Source of the DNA: a virus
Lineage: Duplodnaviria; Heunggongvirae; Uroviricota; Caudoviricetes
DNA length: 64,000 bases
Direction: 5' to 3' (one strand)
IMG/VR virus record: IMGVR_UViG_3300025015_000009
Coordinates: 64,001-128,000 of that record
Positions 19,857-29,081 of this stretch are shown in pieces (position 1 is the first letter of the stretch; every line of letters starts with the position of its first letter). The notes below the pieces were generated by a model, which saw only the letters and a program-made list of their open reading frames with translations, did no database searches and was not told the origin of the DNA. The position numbers and the translations under genes were made by a program.

Positions 19857-20252
19857 TTAGTTGGATAACGTCGTTAATAACTGCTGGTATATGCCGTTGA
19901 TATACCACTCTTTGGTTCCATCTGCGTGTATCACAGCGGGACCATCTTCTCTGTGACGCTTGCCGTTAATCCACCACTCTTTGGTTCCATCTGCGTATAT
20001 AACAGCGGGACCATCTTCTCTGTGCCGTTCGCCATTAACAAACCACAGTGTGGATCCATTTGCGTGGACCACTGCAGGGCCATCTTCTCTGTGCAGGGCG
20101 CCGTTGATATACCACTCTTGTCTGCCGTCTGCGTATATAACAGCGGGACCGTCTTCTCTGTGTCGTTTGCCGTTGATCCGCCAGGACCTGGTCCCGCTAT
20201 CGTCTGTTGTGACTGTCGATTTAAGCAACGTTAAAAACTGGTCAGGAGACAT
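19857..20252 (-). CDS. HREDGPAV repeat protein 2
   Basis: Tandem 22-aa repeats. Confidence 0.8.
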   Translation of the reverse strand: MSPDQFLTLLKSTVTTDDSGTRSWRINGKRHREDGPAVIYADGRQEWYINGALHREDGPAVVHANGSTLWFVNGERHREDGPAVIYADGTKEWWINGKRHREDGPAVIHADGTKEWYINGIYQQLLTTLSN

Positions 20253-20266
20253 ATAATATTAGGCCT

Positions 20267-20311
20267 GTTATTCAATGTAGACATTATACACTCTTTAACC
20301 AAAAGTCAACC
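20267..20311 (-). promoter_or_regulatory. Early promoter cassette, copy C
   Basis: Same core, one A shorter in the spacer. Confidence 0.8.
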
Positions 20312-20336
20312 GCTTAACAGTAACCTTCTTTGTTGG

Positions 20337-20954
20337 TTATACTTGAGTAAAAAGTTGAGCAAATTGTATTTCTGCTCCAACTAACATTCTCTGCTTATCT
20401 GCTACAAAGTTAGCGTTCATGTACGGAACAGGGCGGGGTGTGGTTACAACAAACGACGTATCGACTGCACATAGCTCATCGAACGTCTGAACTTCAAAGT
20501 CCTTCCACCATTTGTTGCGTCTCTTTGGAAATCCGGTGTCTTTGTAAAACGGTATTTCGATATGAGTGTATCCACTATAGGCGTTATATGGAATACGAAA
20601 AAAGTACTCGGCATTTTGAATACGTTCGAATACGTACACTCGAAGAAAGCCTTTTTTATTATGAAAGTCCCCTACTCTCGCTGCGTATGTTTTTCCATGA
20701 CTCTTCAGTCGAACTGTGGAAAATTTACAATCGCTGCCGTCAATGTGATCTTTTCCAAACGTAGGATCATGAGCAATGCCACCGACTTCCGTAACTGCCA
20801 TCTCAAACAAATGCGAACACATCCGATGATTGTCTTTGATTGCTCGACGAAACCAGGCCTTCCCTTCGTCGCTTATGGTAGGGTACGCTCGATCAATCAG
20901 TTTGTCGAACGCTGCAAGCTCAATCATTACTTGCATATCGTCTGTCTCAGCCAT
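20337..20954 (-). CDS. Hypothetical protein, possible PD-(D/E)XK nuclease fold
   Basis: KDHIDGSDCK acidic/Lys motif. Confidence 0.45.
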   Translation of the reverse strand: MAETDDMQVMIELAAFDKLIDRAYPTISDEGKAWFRRAIKDNHRMCSHLFEMAVTEVGGIAHDPTFGKDHIDGSDCKFSTVRLKSHGKTYAARVGDFHNKKGFLRVYVFERIQNAEYFFRIPYNAYSGYTHIEIPFYKDTGFPKRRNKWWKDFEVQTFDELCAVDTSFVVTTPRPVPYMNANFVADKQRMLVGAEIQFAQLFTQV

Positions 20955-20957
20955 GCG

Positions 20958-21191
20958 TTACCCTTTCTTGTTGAGTTGAGTTTTAACGTGCCACTTATTG
21001 AAAAGACGACGCAATACATAACTTCTAACCAACGAAATTACTGTGTATATTGCGACTAACTTTATATTCTGTTCCGTTGATATTTCATAGCCAAGGAACG
21101 GAAAAATAAACAAGTTAGCAACATATGAGATGATTATACCAGCAACAACATTTGCCCAGCTTTCTATAAAACTATGCCATCTCGTTTGCAT
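20958..21191 (-). CDS. Small two-TM conserved phage membrane protein
   Basis: SFIESWANV...RSY.LRRLFN. Confidence 0.7.
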   Translation of the reverse strand: MQTRWHSFIESWANVVAGIIISYVANLFIFPFLGYEISTEQNIKLVAIYTVISLVRSYVLRRLFNKWHVKTQLNKKG

Positions 21192-21594
21192 TGTCGATCA
21201 CCGTGTTAAGTACTTCCCATAAGATTTCTTCGTCTGTTGCAAGTAGGTTTACGTTAATGCAGATTTGTGTCCGCTGCTCGGGTGACATTGCTAACCAGTT
21301 TTGTACGTTCTCTTCTGAACCATAACATTGCTTCGGGGCGCTATGCTGCAACCATTTCTCAAATTTTACAATTGCTCCCCAGGTATTCATGACATGAGAA
21401 CTACATACTGCCGCCATAAGGTCGTTTGCATATAACGCTCTAAAAAACCGACTAGGGGCAAGACCAAGCACAATATACGAGTATAGTTCGTCTTGCCATT
21501 CTGGCGGAACATAATAAGATATAGAGTCGTTAAATGTAAGCCAGAATCTATTCTGGACTGGTCCTGCACTGTTAGGTTTTTGGAATGACGGCAT
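21172..21594 (-). CDS. Conserved phage hypothetical protein
   Basis: ORF track; AP..CYGS.E.V..W. Confidence 0.7.
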   Translation of the reverse strand: MPSFQKPNSAGPVQNRFWLTFNDSISYYVPPEWQDELYSYIVLGLAPSRFFRALYANDLMAAVCSSHVMNTWGAIVKFEKWLQHSAPKQCYGSEENVQNWLAMSPEQRTQICINVNLLATDEEILWEVLNTVIDNANEMA

Positions 21595-21596
21595 CG

Positions 21597-21884
21597 CTAA
21601 TAAGTCAACAAGAGTAGTAGTAACTCGTACTCAGGAGGAGCAGTTACGATAACCTTATTAAGAGTTACACGTATCGACCATATCCACTCTAACGACCCTC
21701 CTTTATTGCTAACTTTTTCTTCGCTGTGTACCAATGAATAGTAGTTAATATTAAGGAGTCGGTTACCATGACTATCTATGTCATAAGAAGGAGGATTTAT
21801 CGTCTTCAGGAGTGAGAGAACGTCCTTTGCAACCTGGTACTTTTTTGGTCCTATTACACGATTTAGATCAATTGTAACTGTCAT
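21597..21884 (-). CDS. Hypothetical protein (tandem paralog A)
   Basis: Shares P.SYD, W.IR, IVTAP...ELLL with the next gene. Confidence 0.65.
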   Translation of the reverse strand: MTVTIDLNRVIGPKKYQVAKDVLSLLKTINPPSYDIDSHGNRLLNINYYSLVHSEEKVSNKGGSLEWIWSIRVTLNKVIVTAPPEYELLLLLLTY

Positions 21885-21885
21885 G

Positions 21886-22173
21886 TTATTTTTGGTACTT
21901 GAGCATAAGTAATAACTCGTGATCGGAAGGGGCAGTTACAATAATCCCGTGCAACTCGTTTCGTATCATCCAGTCGTAACCGACTGAGCCGATTGTCTGG
22001 ATCGAACCATGCACAATATCTGTTTCGTCAAAACAAAGCGTTAGTTTACCGTTCTCGGATAAGCAATCGTAACTAGCAGGGCTGAGCTTACTCGATAGAT
22101 ACATAATAACATCTCGGAGCATCTCAGCCCTGCTACTCGTCGTCATTGTTACCGAATAGGTAATTGTAATCAC
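21886..22173 (-). CDS. Hypothetical protein (tandem paralog B)
   Basis: As above. Confidence 0.65.
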   Translation of the reverse strand: MITITYSVTMTTSSRAEMLRDVIMYLSSKLSPASYDCLSENGKLTLCFDETDIVHGSIQTIGSVGYDWMIRNELHGIIVTAPSDHELLLMLKYQK

Positions 22174-23564
22174 TGTTGCTTGTTTGCGGTTGCCCTGATT
22201 TCATCCAACGTCCAGTCTTTCAGCAGCACGCCGTTTTCCCAGACTGGAATCAAAGTTTCGGTCCATCCCTGCAACACAAACGACCCAACGTCTTCTTCGC
22301 GAACAGTTTGGTACTCAGTGTTCTTCTCGATCAACGTGACTCTACCTTTCTTACTACGTTTGCCCGAGTCAGTTACAGGGTCTTTCCAGACGTCAATCCA
22401 CTTGCCATTGATCCGGGCTGCCGATGCCTTCATTGCGAATTTCTGCGTGTCACGATTGGAGTGTTGCAGCAATGCTCCGCCCATTCCAAATGCAACATTG
22501 TCGGCCGAGTAGCCAGCAATGGTCAGGTTCAGCAATATTCCGCGGATGCTGCTCTCGTTGATACCATCACCTTGAATAACGCGAACATTGTTAAGCACCT
22601 TATATCCTTTGCTGTTGACAACTGATCCAAAGTGCTTATCCAGACGACGCACCACTGCGGTAACTACTGTTGCTGGTTCTCCACTATCAGGACGAATAAT
22701 CAATACTGCCCCTGAATCGATTACTTCTTGCTTCAGTTCGGTGCCCCACATGTCACATGCAGCAAAAATATCGTAACTGTCACTTACTACTGCAAACAAC
22801 GTGCCAGGCTTTGCAAACTGCTGTACCATGTTTCGATATGCGCTAACTTCGTTTTCGCGCCCCCAGGAAGTGATAGAGCTGTGTTCAGCTGCTGGCACAC
22901 TAAAAGCGGGCATCCCGATTACGTTATAATACTGTTGCAACGCCAAGATGCCACTTATCGTGTCACTTCCCATAAAGTTAACCAAGTGGGCAGCACCGCC
23001 GATTGCCGCTGACTCAAAACTAGAAACGCCGCGAGCGCCAAAATCGTGCAATTTAAACGGCAGGCCAGATTCGTCGCCAGTTTGCTGCAGGTACTCGCGA
23101 ATAATTTGTTTAATGGACCAGCTTACTGTTGCTACAGTTGTCGGATACCATACTGCGCGCAGCAACGCGGTCTCGATGTAACTGGTTATCCAGTAGAACT
23201 CTGGGTCGGTGTTCTCAACCGTAACCATCGGCGATAACACAGGTACTACCGTTCCTTCGGGCACTGCTTTGATCCTGACAGGAAAATAGCCATTGTGTTT
23301 TTCCAGCAGCCGTTGCCAACCAGCTTTGTTAAACGGCTCACCGTGTGCTTTCAAAAATTGCTCTGCTTGATCGATATCAGCCTGGGTGATCGGCTTACTC
23401 AGGTATTCTTTCAAGAACATCTGGAGTCCAAACACCAGAGTCTGGGGATACTCACCACCACGGGATTCGATGTAGCTAAACACGTACTCGGTGCCCGGCG
23501 GATATTGCAGATAGTGTGACGGCTTGTATGAATCGGTGTTCAGAATTGGGTTAATACTGTTCAT
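22170..23564 (-). CDS. nadV: Nicotinamide phosphoribosyltransferase (NAMPT)
   Basis: TDSYKPSH, LHDFGARG, AAEHS, VSDSYD, IRPDSG, IQGDG, FGMGG. Confidence 0.95.
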   Translation of the reverse strand: MNSINPILNTDSYKPSHYLQYPPGTEYVFSYIESRGGEYPQTLVFGLQMFLKEYLSKPITQADIDQAEQFLKAHGEPFNKAGWQRLLEKHNGYFPVRIKAVPEGTVVPVLSPMVTVENTDPEFYWITSYIETALLRAVWYPTTVATVSWSIKQIIREYLQQTGDESGLPFKLHDFGARGVSSFESAAIGGAAHLVNFMGSDTISGILALQQYYNVIGMPAFSVPAAEHSSITSWGRENEVSAYRNMVQQFAKPGTLFAVVSDSYDIFAACDMWGTELKQEVIDSGAVLIIRPDSGEPATVVTAVVRRLDKHFGSVVNSKGYKVLNNVRVIQGDGINESSIRGILLNLTIAGYSADNVAFGMGGALLQHSNRDTQKFAMKASAARINGKWIDVWKDPVTDSGKRSKKGRVTLIEKNTEYQTVREEDVGSFVLQGWTETLIPVWENGVLLKDWTLDEIRATANKQQ

Positions 23565-23581
23565 AATAAATCTCCTTTATT

Positions 23582-23616
23582 ATATAAACAACGGAGTCTA
23601 TCTCCGTTGACTTGAC
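23582..23616 (-). promoter_or_regulatory. Hairpin with ATAGA loop in the nadV leader
   Basis: CAACGGAG-ATAGA-CTCCGTTG followed by TTTATAT; motif shared with the nadM leader. Confidence 0.6.
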
Positions 23617-23670
23617 TGGACCAAGATTTTACTATAGTGCGTACCAGGTACGCACTATCCAATTTAAGTA

Positions 23671-23699
23671 ATTATATACTCAAACCACCTGCTTGTCAA
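23671..23699 (-). promoter_or_regulatory. Consensus sigma70 promoter of nadV
   Basis: TTGACA-N17-TATAAT. Confidence 0.85.
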
Positions 23700-23844
23700 C
23701 CGAAATAGCAGACATTGTTTCTGTTACTAAACACATCTGGCCACATGCAGCACCAGCTTGAACCTCGGCATCCGTTGCAATCGCAATTGCTCCATCGAAT
23801 CCAGCAGTCTTGATATCAGCAATAATCTTTCTTACGTTTTCCAT
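23680..23844 (-). CDS. 54-aa peptide equivalent to the RlmN/Cfr C-terminus (AACGQ motif)
   Basis: AGGAG RBS; MENVRKIIADIKTAGFDGAIAIATDAEVQAGAACGQMCLVTETMSAISVDKQVV. Confidence 0.8.
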   Translation of the reverse strand: MENVRKIIADIKTAGFDGAIAIATDAEVQAGAACGQMCLVTETMSAISVDKQVV

Positions 23845-23856
23845 TTTGTTTCTCCT

Positions 23857-24717
23857 TTAAATTGAATTTTCATACTTAAACAACGTTTCCAACGAATTCT
23901 CCTCTGAAACAGGATTTTCATTGATAGGTGACACTTTAATAAAAACCGACTCTGAGTTAAAGTCCTTTACTAACTCACTTGCTACAAACGGAGTTCCTGT
24001 GGACAACGCAAAGTTCAATGTTGCTTTCCAGGGACGGTTCTTAAACTTACTATACCACTTACTTGCTACTTCGCCTACTTCTTTGTTAGACATAACCGAT
24101 CTTGTTTGCAACCACTGCCGGTACGTGTCGTCTGTACTGTGTATACTAAACTGGAGCTCAAGCCAATCAGTTCCAAACTCCTCTTCAAGGACTGTTAACG
24201 CATTAACTAATTCAACTGATTGCTGCAACCCGATTGTAGAAATCTGTATCCTTGCCTTTGGGTACATAGTCTTAATAGCAGACACTGCGTCTACTACGTT
24301 ATCGATGTTCAAACTTGGCTCACCCATTCGGGTAAACAGGACTCTAAAAATCTCACTGTTATTCGGATCCAGTCCTCCGTTTATTTCTTGAGCGGCAGTA
24401 ACAGCATACATTACCTGCTCAATCATCTCCAGGGTAGTTAGGTTGCGCCAACCTTGTTTGTCAGTTAGCCTGTTAACAGCACAGAACTTACACTTAACCG
24501 GGCAGCCTGATTGTGTCGAAATACCGACCGTCCACTTTTCTTTCCAGTTGTCAGGTGAAAACGCATTAATGTCAACCTTGTTATTGTCTCGGCCAGTTGC
24601 CCTGATCTCAGTCTGGCCAGGCAAACACGTTGACGTAACTTCGATCAACTTGCCGTCATCAAGTTCAACAACTGACACAAATCCATTCGTAAATTGTTTT
24701 GAGTTAATTTTTTTCAT
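23857..24717 (-). CDS. RlmN/Cfr-like radical SAM enzyme, C-terminally truncated
   Basis: ISTQSGCPVKCKFC (CxxxCxxC), MGEP, ISTIG, QFSIHS. Confidence 0.85.
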   Translation of the reverse strand: MKKINSKQFTNGFVSVVELDDGKLIEVTSTCLPGQTEIRATGRDNNKVDINAFSPDNWKEKWTVGISTQSGCPVKCKFCAVNRLTDKQGWRNLTTLEMIEQVMYAVTAAQEINGGLDPNNSEIFRVLFTRMGEPSLNIDNVVDAVSAIKTMYPKARIQISTIGLQQSVELVNALTVLEEEFGTDWLELQFSIHSTDDTYRQWLQTRSVMSNKEVGEVASKWYSKFKNRPWKATLNFALSTGTPFVASELVKDFNSESVFIKVSPINENPVSEENSLETLFKYENSI

Positions 24718-24718
24718 T

Positions 24719-25774
24719 TTAAATCTTTCCCAAGAAATACGAAATAATTGAAAAATGATCTTCGAACATATCTTCTTCTCTTACTGATGAGAGAGGAATC
24801 CAAGTAGCAGATTCGGCATCGTCGCCGCCCTTAACAACCGGCAACTCACCAGATTGAAGTTCAATATAAAATGCTTCTGTCACAGTTCTTCCTCTGAGGC
24901 TCCGGGCGGGCTGGTCAAATACTGCTTTGTCCTTAATACTACCTCTGAGCACCGGTCCAGGCACTCGTATTTTAGTTTCTTCTCTCAGCTCACGAATCAT
25001 CGCATCTTCGATCCGTTCTGTTTGACCGACGAACCCGCCTGGCAATGCCAACAACCCTTTGCCTGGGGCAGCTTTCCTCTTAATAAGCAACACATGGCCG
25101 GATTGGACAACAACCGCATCGCACGTAAGAAATGTCGGAGCATATGGTGCTGCATCCCATGCCTTCTTGTACGCATTAACAAATGCTTGTTCCGCTGCCA
25201 AATTCTTGAATTCGTCGCTTATTGAGAATCGCGCAAGGTCATGATACACCGACATCGGAACCACATTACTGATATACTTGATATTCGACTCGAAGTACAG
25301 TTTTCTAATATCAGTAGCATTTACTACTTCGTTTATAAAATGCTCTATCCGTTCCCACTGTGGGAACAACTTCAGATAATAACTTGTTTCGTCTTTCAAA
25401 TGACCGATAATGCCGCCTTTAAGTGGTTTATCTGTCCAACCAAACGAGCGAAGAACAGCGTCGTTTACTGTAGTTTGAACTGACGCTGCCCAAACTTGGT
25501 CGTTGTATCGTTGGTCTCGCAGAGGTTCAATTATCAGTCTATCGGTTTCACCGTAGTTACTGAGAATCATATGTTTGCGTTCTTCGAACGTGAACGGGTT
25601 CTTTATTGTACGTGGTTGATTGGAACTGCCGACTAATATCACAACCTTCTTCGCAAGCTTCAGCGCAGCATCAATAACTTCTTTGTGGCCAATGTGAAAC
25701 GGTTGGAATCTTCCGATAAAAACCATGTAGTCAACTATAGTATCTGATGGGGCATTACTGGTGATCTGTTGCAT
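24719..25774 (-). CDS. nadM: Bifunctional NMN adenylyltransferase / ADP-ribose pyrophosphatase (NadM-Nudix)
   Basis: GRFQPFHIGH; Nudix box GG...E....A..RELREET; start ATG 25774 with GGAGG RBS. Confidence 0.93.
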   Translation of the reverse strand: MQQITSNAPSDTIVDYMVFIGRFQPFHIGHKEVIDAALKLAKKVVILVGSSNQPRTIKNPFTFEERKHMILSNYGETDRLIIEPLRDQRYNDQVWAASVQTTVNDAVLRSFGWTDKPLKGGIIGHLKDETSYYLKLFPQWERIEHFINEVVNATDIRKLYFESNIKYISNVVPMSVYHDLARFSISDEFKNLAAEQAFVNAYKKAWDAAPYAPTFLTCDAVVVQSGHVLLIKRKAAPGKGLLALPGGFVGQTERIEDAMIRELREETKIRVPGPVLRGSIKDKAVFDQPARSLRGRTVTEAFYIELQSGELPVVKGGDDAESATWIPLSSVREEDMFEDHFSIISYFLGKI

Positions 25775-25797
25775 TTGGAAATCCTCCAATTGAATTG

Positions 25798-25834
25798 ATA
25801 TAAACAGTCTATCTGCTTACTTACTTTATTTATA
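25798..25834 (-). promoter_or_regulatory. T4-type late promoter TATAAATA followed by an ATAGA-loop hairpin
   Basis: TATAAATA at 25827-25834; CAG-ATAGA-CTG then TTTATAT. Confidence 0.6.
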
Positions 25835-25911
25835 TGTATTGTAACACCAATGTCGATAAATTCCTAGTCTTTTGTCAAAATAATACATAAATAATACAAC
25901 AGGATACAAAC

Positions 25912-27117
25912 ATGCCAGCAAAAGACCAAAATTGGGACTTTAAAAAGAAGATTTCACCAGGTGAAATCTATGATGTTGACCCAACTAAAATCAAGGTTGA
26001 TTATACAGCAATCGCAAAGTCATTGCAGGCATCCCCAGAGACCAAGCAAAAAGCATTAGCCCTTGCAGCAAGCATCGCAGCGCACGAAGAATTGATTGCT
26101 AGTTTACGAGAACAAATGAACCTAGCCATCGATAAAAGAGACAACGATGTTATCTATCGTGATAGCTTACAAACAATGAACGACAATGTTCTGAAACTGT
26201 TTTCATATATAGAGACTAATTGTTCAGACGCTGTTGCTGCAATGGTAGCAAACAAACAATTGTTATTCCGCGGAATGAACATAACCAAGAGCGTGTTTAT
26301 TGGCCACCCTAAGGAAAACCGAAAACCTAAGGATTCGTCAGTTAAAGATCAACAATTGTTTGACGAGTTGCTTACTATCGCAGGGTTCACCGCTCTCCGC
26401 TCTAACAGCATATTTTGTACTGCGTCTGTATCACATGCAAGTGACTTTGGTAATACATACATAATCTTTCCTATGAATGGATTTAAATTCACATGGAGTC
26501 CGATGTATAAGGACGTCATCATAAGAGAACATTCATTCTTTGACATCGCAGACAACACAGAGCAGATAGAAGAGTACTATGACTCAGCGGCTGAATTCTC
26601 TAGGAGAATTCAAATTGGCACAGAAGACGAAATAGCATACACCCACAGTAAGTCACCAGGGATAGCAAGCAAGATAAAGAAGTTCCTTGCACCCTTGCTC
26701 TCTACATTCGCAGAACTACGTAAGATACACTATAACTACACTGGGTCGCCGCTTAATTTAACTAAAGAGACTGCCGTTGCATACCTACTCTTCTACGACA
26801 CATGTCGGCAATATTCCGAGATTCCTAATCTACCAGACAGTATCAAGAAACAATTCAACGTTTGGATCAAACAGAACGGCGACTTGGCCGAGGCTGCAAA
26901 ACAAGATGCTGCCGCTAATATTGATATTATTAAAAAGAAACTAGCAAACGAGATGGTTACTAAGCACAAATTCACAAATACTAATTTTGGTGCGGCACTC
27001 AATGTGAAGAACGAGATATACGTTTTAGGCAAATACGTTGCTATAGATTACGACGAGTTCATTGACGACGCACTACAATACTTTATCAAAGCGCGAAATA
27101 AAAAAGGTAAAAAGTAA
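25912..27117 (+). CDS. ADP-ribosyltransferase-like protein, paralog 3 (N-terminal coiled coil)
   Basis: LFRG, RKPKDS, RSNSIFCT, ASDFG, IFP...FTWS, KNEIY. Confidence 0.65.
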   Translation: MPAKDQNWDFKKKISPGEIYDVDPTKIKVDYTAIAKSLQASPETKQKALALAASIAAHEELIASLREQMNLAIDKRDNDVIYRDSLQTMNDNVLKLFSYIETNCSDAVAAMVANKQLLFRGMNITKSVFIGHPKENRKPKDSSVKDQQLFDELLTIAGFTALRSNSIFCTASVSHASDFGNTYIIFPMNGFKFTWSPMYKDVIIREHSFFDIADNTEQIEEYYDSAAEFSRRIQIGTEDEIAYTHSKSPGIASKIKKFLAPLLSTFAELRKIHYNYTGSPLNLTKETAVAYLLFYDTCRQYSEIPNLPDSIKKQFNVWIKQNGDLAEAAKQDAAANIDIIKKKLANEMVTKHKFTNTNFGAALNVKNEIYVLGKYVAIDYDEFIDDALQYFIKARNKKGKK

Positions 27118-27118
27118 C

Positions 27119-27400
27119 TTATTTCTTAGTACTCAGGCAACGACTAATATGTTGGTGAAACGCCCAGGTAGCCAACTGCTCTTTGGTCATCTCGTTCGGG
27201 CAGTACTTGAGCATTAACGCATCAATCTTTGCTTGCATTGCTTGCAATTTATACTCCATCTCAGACCTTCCTTTTTCTATTCCTTTTTCGTACACAGTGT
27301 CGATCAAGTCTACTTTTTCTAAGTCATCTTTCCAATTCGGTGAACATATGTCGCAGTAGCCACTCGCAGTATCATGCTTACATAAGGAATAGTCGCCCAA
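27119..27400 (-). CDS. Hypothetical protein
   Basis: ORF track. Confidence 0.6.
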   Translation of the reverse strand: MGDYSLCKHDTASGYCDICSPNWKDDLEKVDLIDTVYEKGIEKGRSEMEYKLQAMQAKIDALMLKYCPNEMTKEQLATWAFHQHISRCLSTKK

Positions 27401-27988
27401 TTAAATCTCTCTCTGCGTGATAACTTTGTCTGCCAGACCGTACTCAACTGAGAACTCAGCAGGCATAAAGTTATCACGCTCCATGTCTACGTTAAGAGTT
27501 GTAAATTCTTTACCAGTGTTCTTAACATAGATGTCAGTTAGTACTCGTTTCCATCGTAAAAGTTCTCTAGCTTGGATTTCAACGTCAGTTGCCTGACCAC
27601 GAGCACCACCAAGAGGTTGATGTATCATGTGGGTTGCATGTGGCAATATGAATCGTTTACCTTTTGTCCCTGAACTGGCAAGCAAACTGCCCATGCTTGC
27701 AGCTTGTCCAAGAACAATAGTCGATACATCACACCGAATAAATTGCATAGTATCGTATATAGCCATTCCTGCGGTGACGCTGCCGCCTGGGGAATTAATA
27801 TAAAACAAAATGTCTTTATCTGGCTCTTCTGCTTCGAGAAAAAGCATTTGTGCAACCACTATTGCAGCGGTGTGCTCATTTACTTCAGAGTTAAGCATCA
27901 CGATTCGCTCCCGAAGTAGTCGACTAAAAATGTCAAAACTACGTTCACCTTTACTGGTTTGTTCTACTACCATTGGCACTAATGTCAT
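27401..27988 (-). CDS. clpP: ATP-dependent Clp protease proteolytic subunit
   Basis: [24 protein letters not shown] (Ser), IHQP (His), ERD. Confidence 0.95.
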   Translation of the reverse strand: MTLVPMVVEQTSKGERSFDIFSRLLRERIVMLNSEVNEHTAAIVVAQMLFLEAEEPDKDILFYINSPGGSVTAGMAIYDTMQFIRCDVSTIVLGQAASMGSLLASSGTKGKRFILPHATHMIHQPLGGARGQATDVEIQARELLRWKRVLTDIYVKNTGKEFTTLNVDMERDNFMPAEFSVEYGLADKVITQREI

Positions 27989-28013
27989 TATTATTCCTTA
28001 TGTTGAATATGAA

Positions 28014-29081
28014 TTACGCCAGCAAACCAAACGAACTATAGTTAAGTTTCTTCCGACGGAGTTCAACCTTAATATTATCCTTGATCAAAACGTACCTCCC
28101 TTCGGTTGGCACCATTTGAATGATATTGTCGGGAGTCATCACAACGTTAATCTCTTGTGTTTTGTCGTCCCCATCTTCATCTTTGCCGATAACTGCGTAA
28201 AAGTTAAAGGTTAGTTGTGGTTTCGCTACAGGGTTTCCGTTAATTTCTTTGGGCCAAGCGTCCTGCTCCTCACCGTTGTACCAAATAGTTGCAGAATATG
28301 TCCCAAATTCTTCTGCATACGGTTTTGCGTTTAGCATAGTAAGTGCTTCTATTGGTGTTTCGCCATAACGGTTCATCTCCTCGATGATCGCTTTAAGCAT
28401 GTCAAAGTTAAACGCATTGAACAACTGTGCAACGTCACATATCTTATTAACCCATTGTTTGTCAACAAGGGTATCCTCTGCATACTCACGCACAAATGAC
28501 ACGTCGAGCCCTTCATATTCGATCATATAGAATATCCGCCCTGGACGGTTACGCATATGCTCGTCGACTTTATACTTGTCGTTGCAAGTAATAACAAATA
28601 GTTTCTTAGTAGGGAATACACCATCAAATAGAGTTAATGTTGCCTCTTGCTCTTCTTTGTCATACACTTTTTCATACTCATCAAACAGAATCATACAAGG
28701 TTGTGTTATTGACTGGATAAGTTGGTTAAACTGTTCTCCACTCCAGGCTTCGTTGATGATAATAACAGGCCATCCGTGCTCATTGCACTTAATTGCCAAC
28801 ATCCTAGCAAGTAACGTTTTGCCACAGCCCTTCTCACCAGTAAGCATGACGCCAGTGCTAGTGTTCCGTTCGATATAGGTATTAATAATACGGTCTGCCT
28901 GCTGCGGTGCCTTTCCGTATACTTTATCTGATACTTTAAACGACGCAACCTCGTCGAAGAAGAACTGCTTAAACATGTCTTGTTTAATAATAAACGTGCC
29001 AGGTGGTAGGTTATCTTGAATAACAAGGCTCTGTGCATCTGTGGGACTAAACGAAGTACCGCGTTTTATGTAAAAAGTCAT
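28014..29081 (-). CDS. AAA ATPase
   Basis: GEKGCGKT, FDEYEK, NRPGRI. Confidence 0.85.
   Translation of the reverse strand: MTFYIKRGTSFSPTDAQSLVIQDNLPPGTFIIKQDMFKQFFFDEVASFKVSDKVYGKAPQQADRIINTYIERNTSTGVMLTGEKGCGKTLLARMLAIKCNEHGWPVIIINEAWSGEQFNQLIQSITQPCMILFDEYEKVYDKEEQEATLTLFDGVFPTKKLFVITCNDKYKVDEHMRNRPGRIFYMIEYEGLDVSFVREYAEDTLVDKQWVNKICDVAQLFNAFNFDMLKAIIEEMNRYGETPIEALTMLNAKPYAEEFGTYSATIWYNGEEQDAWPKEINGNPVAKPQLTFNFYAVIGKDEDGDDKTQEINVVMTPDNIIQMVPTEGRYVLIKDNIKVELRRKKLNYSSFGLLA

Noticed and set aside
23857-24717. Ordinary RlmN/Cfr rRNA methyltransferase annotation
   Set aside because: Both mechanistic cysteines are missing from this polypeptide
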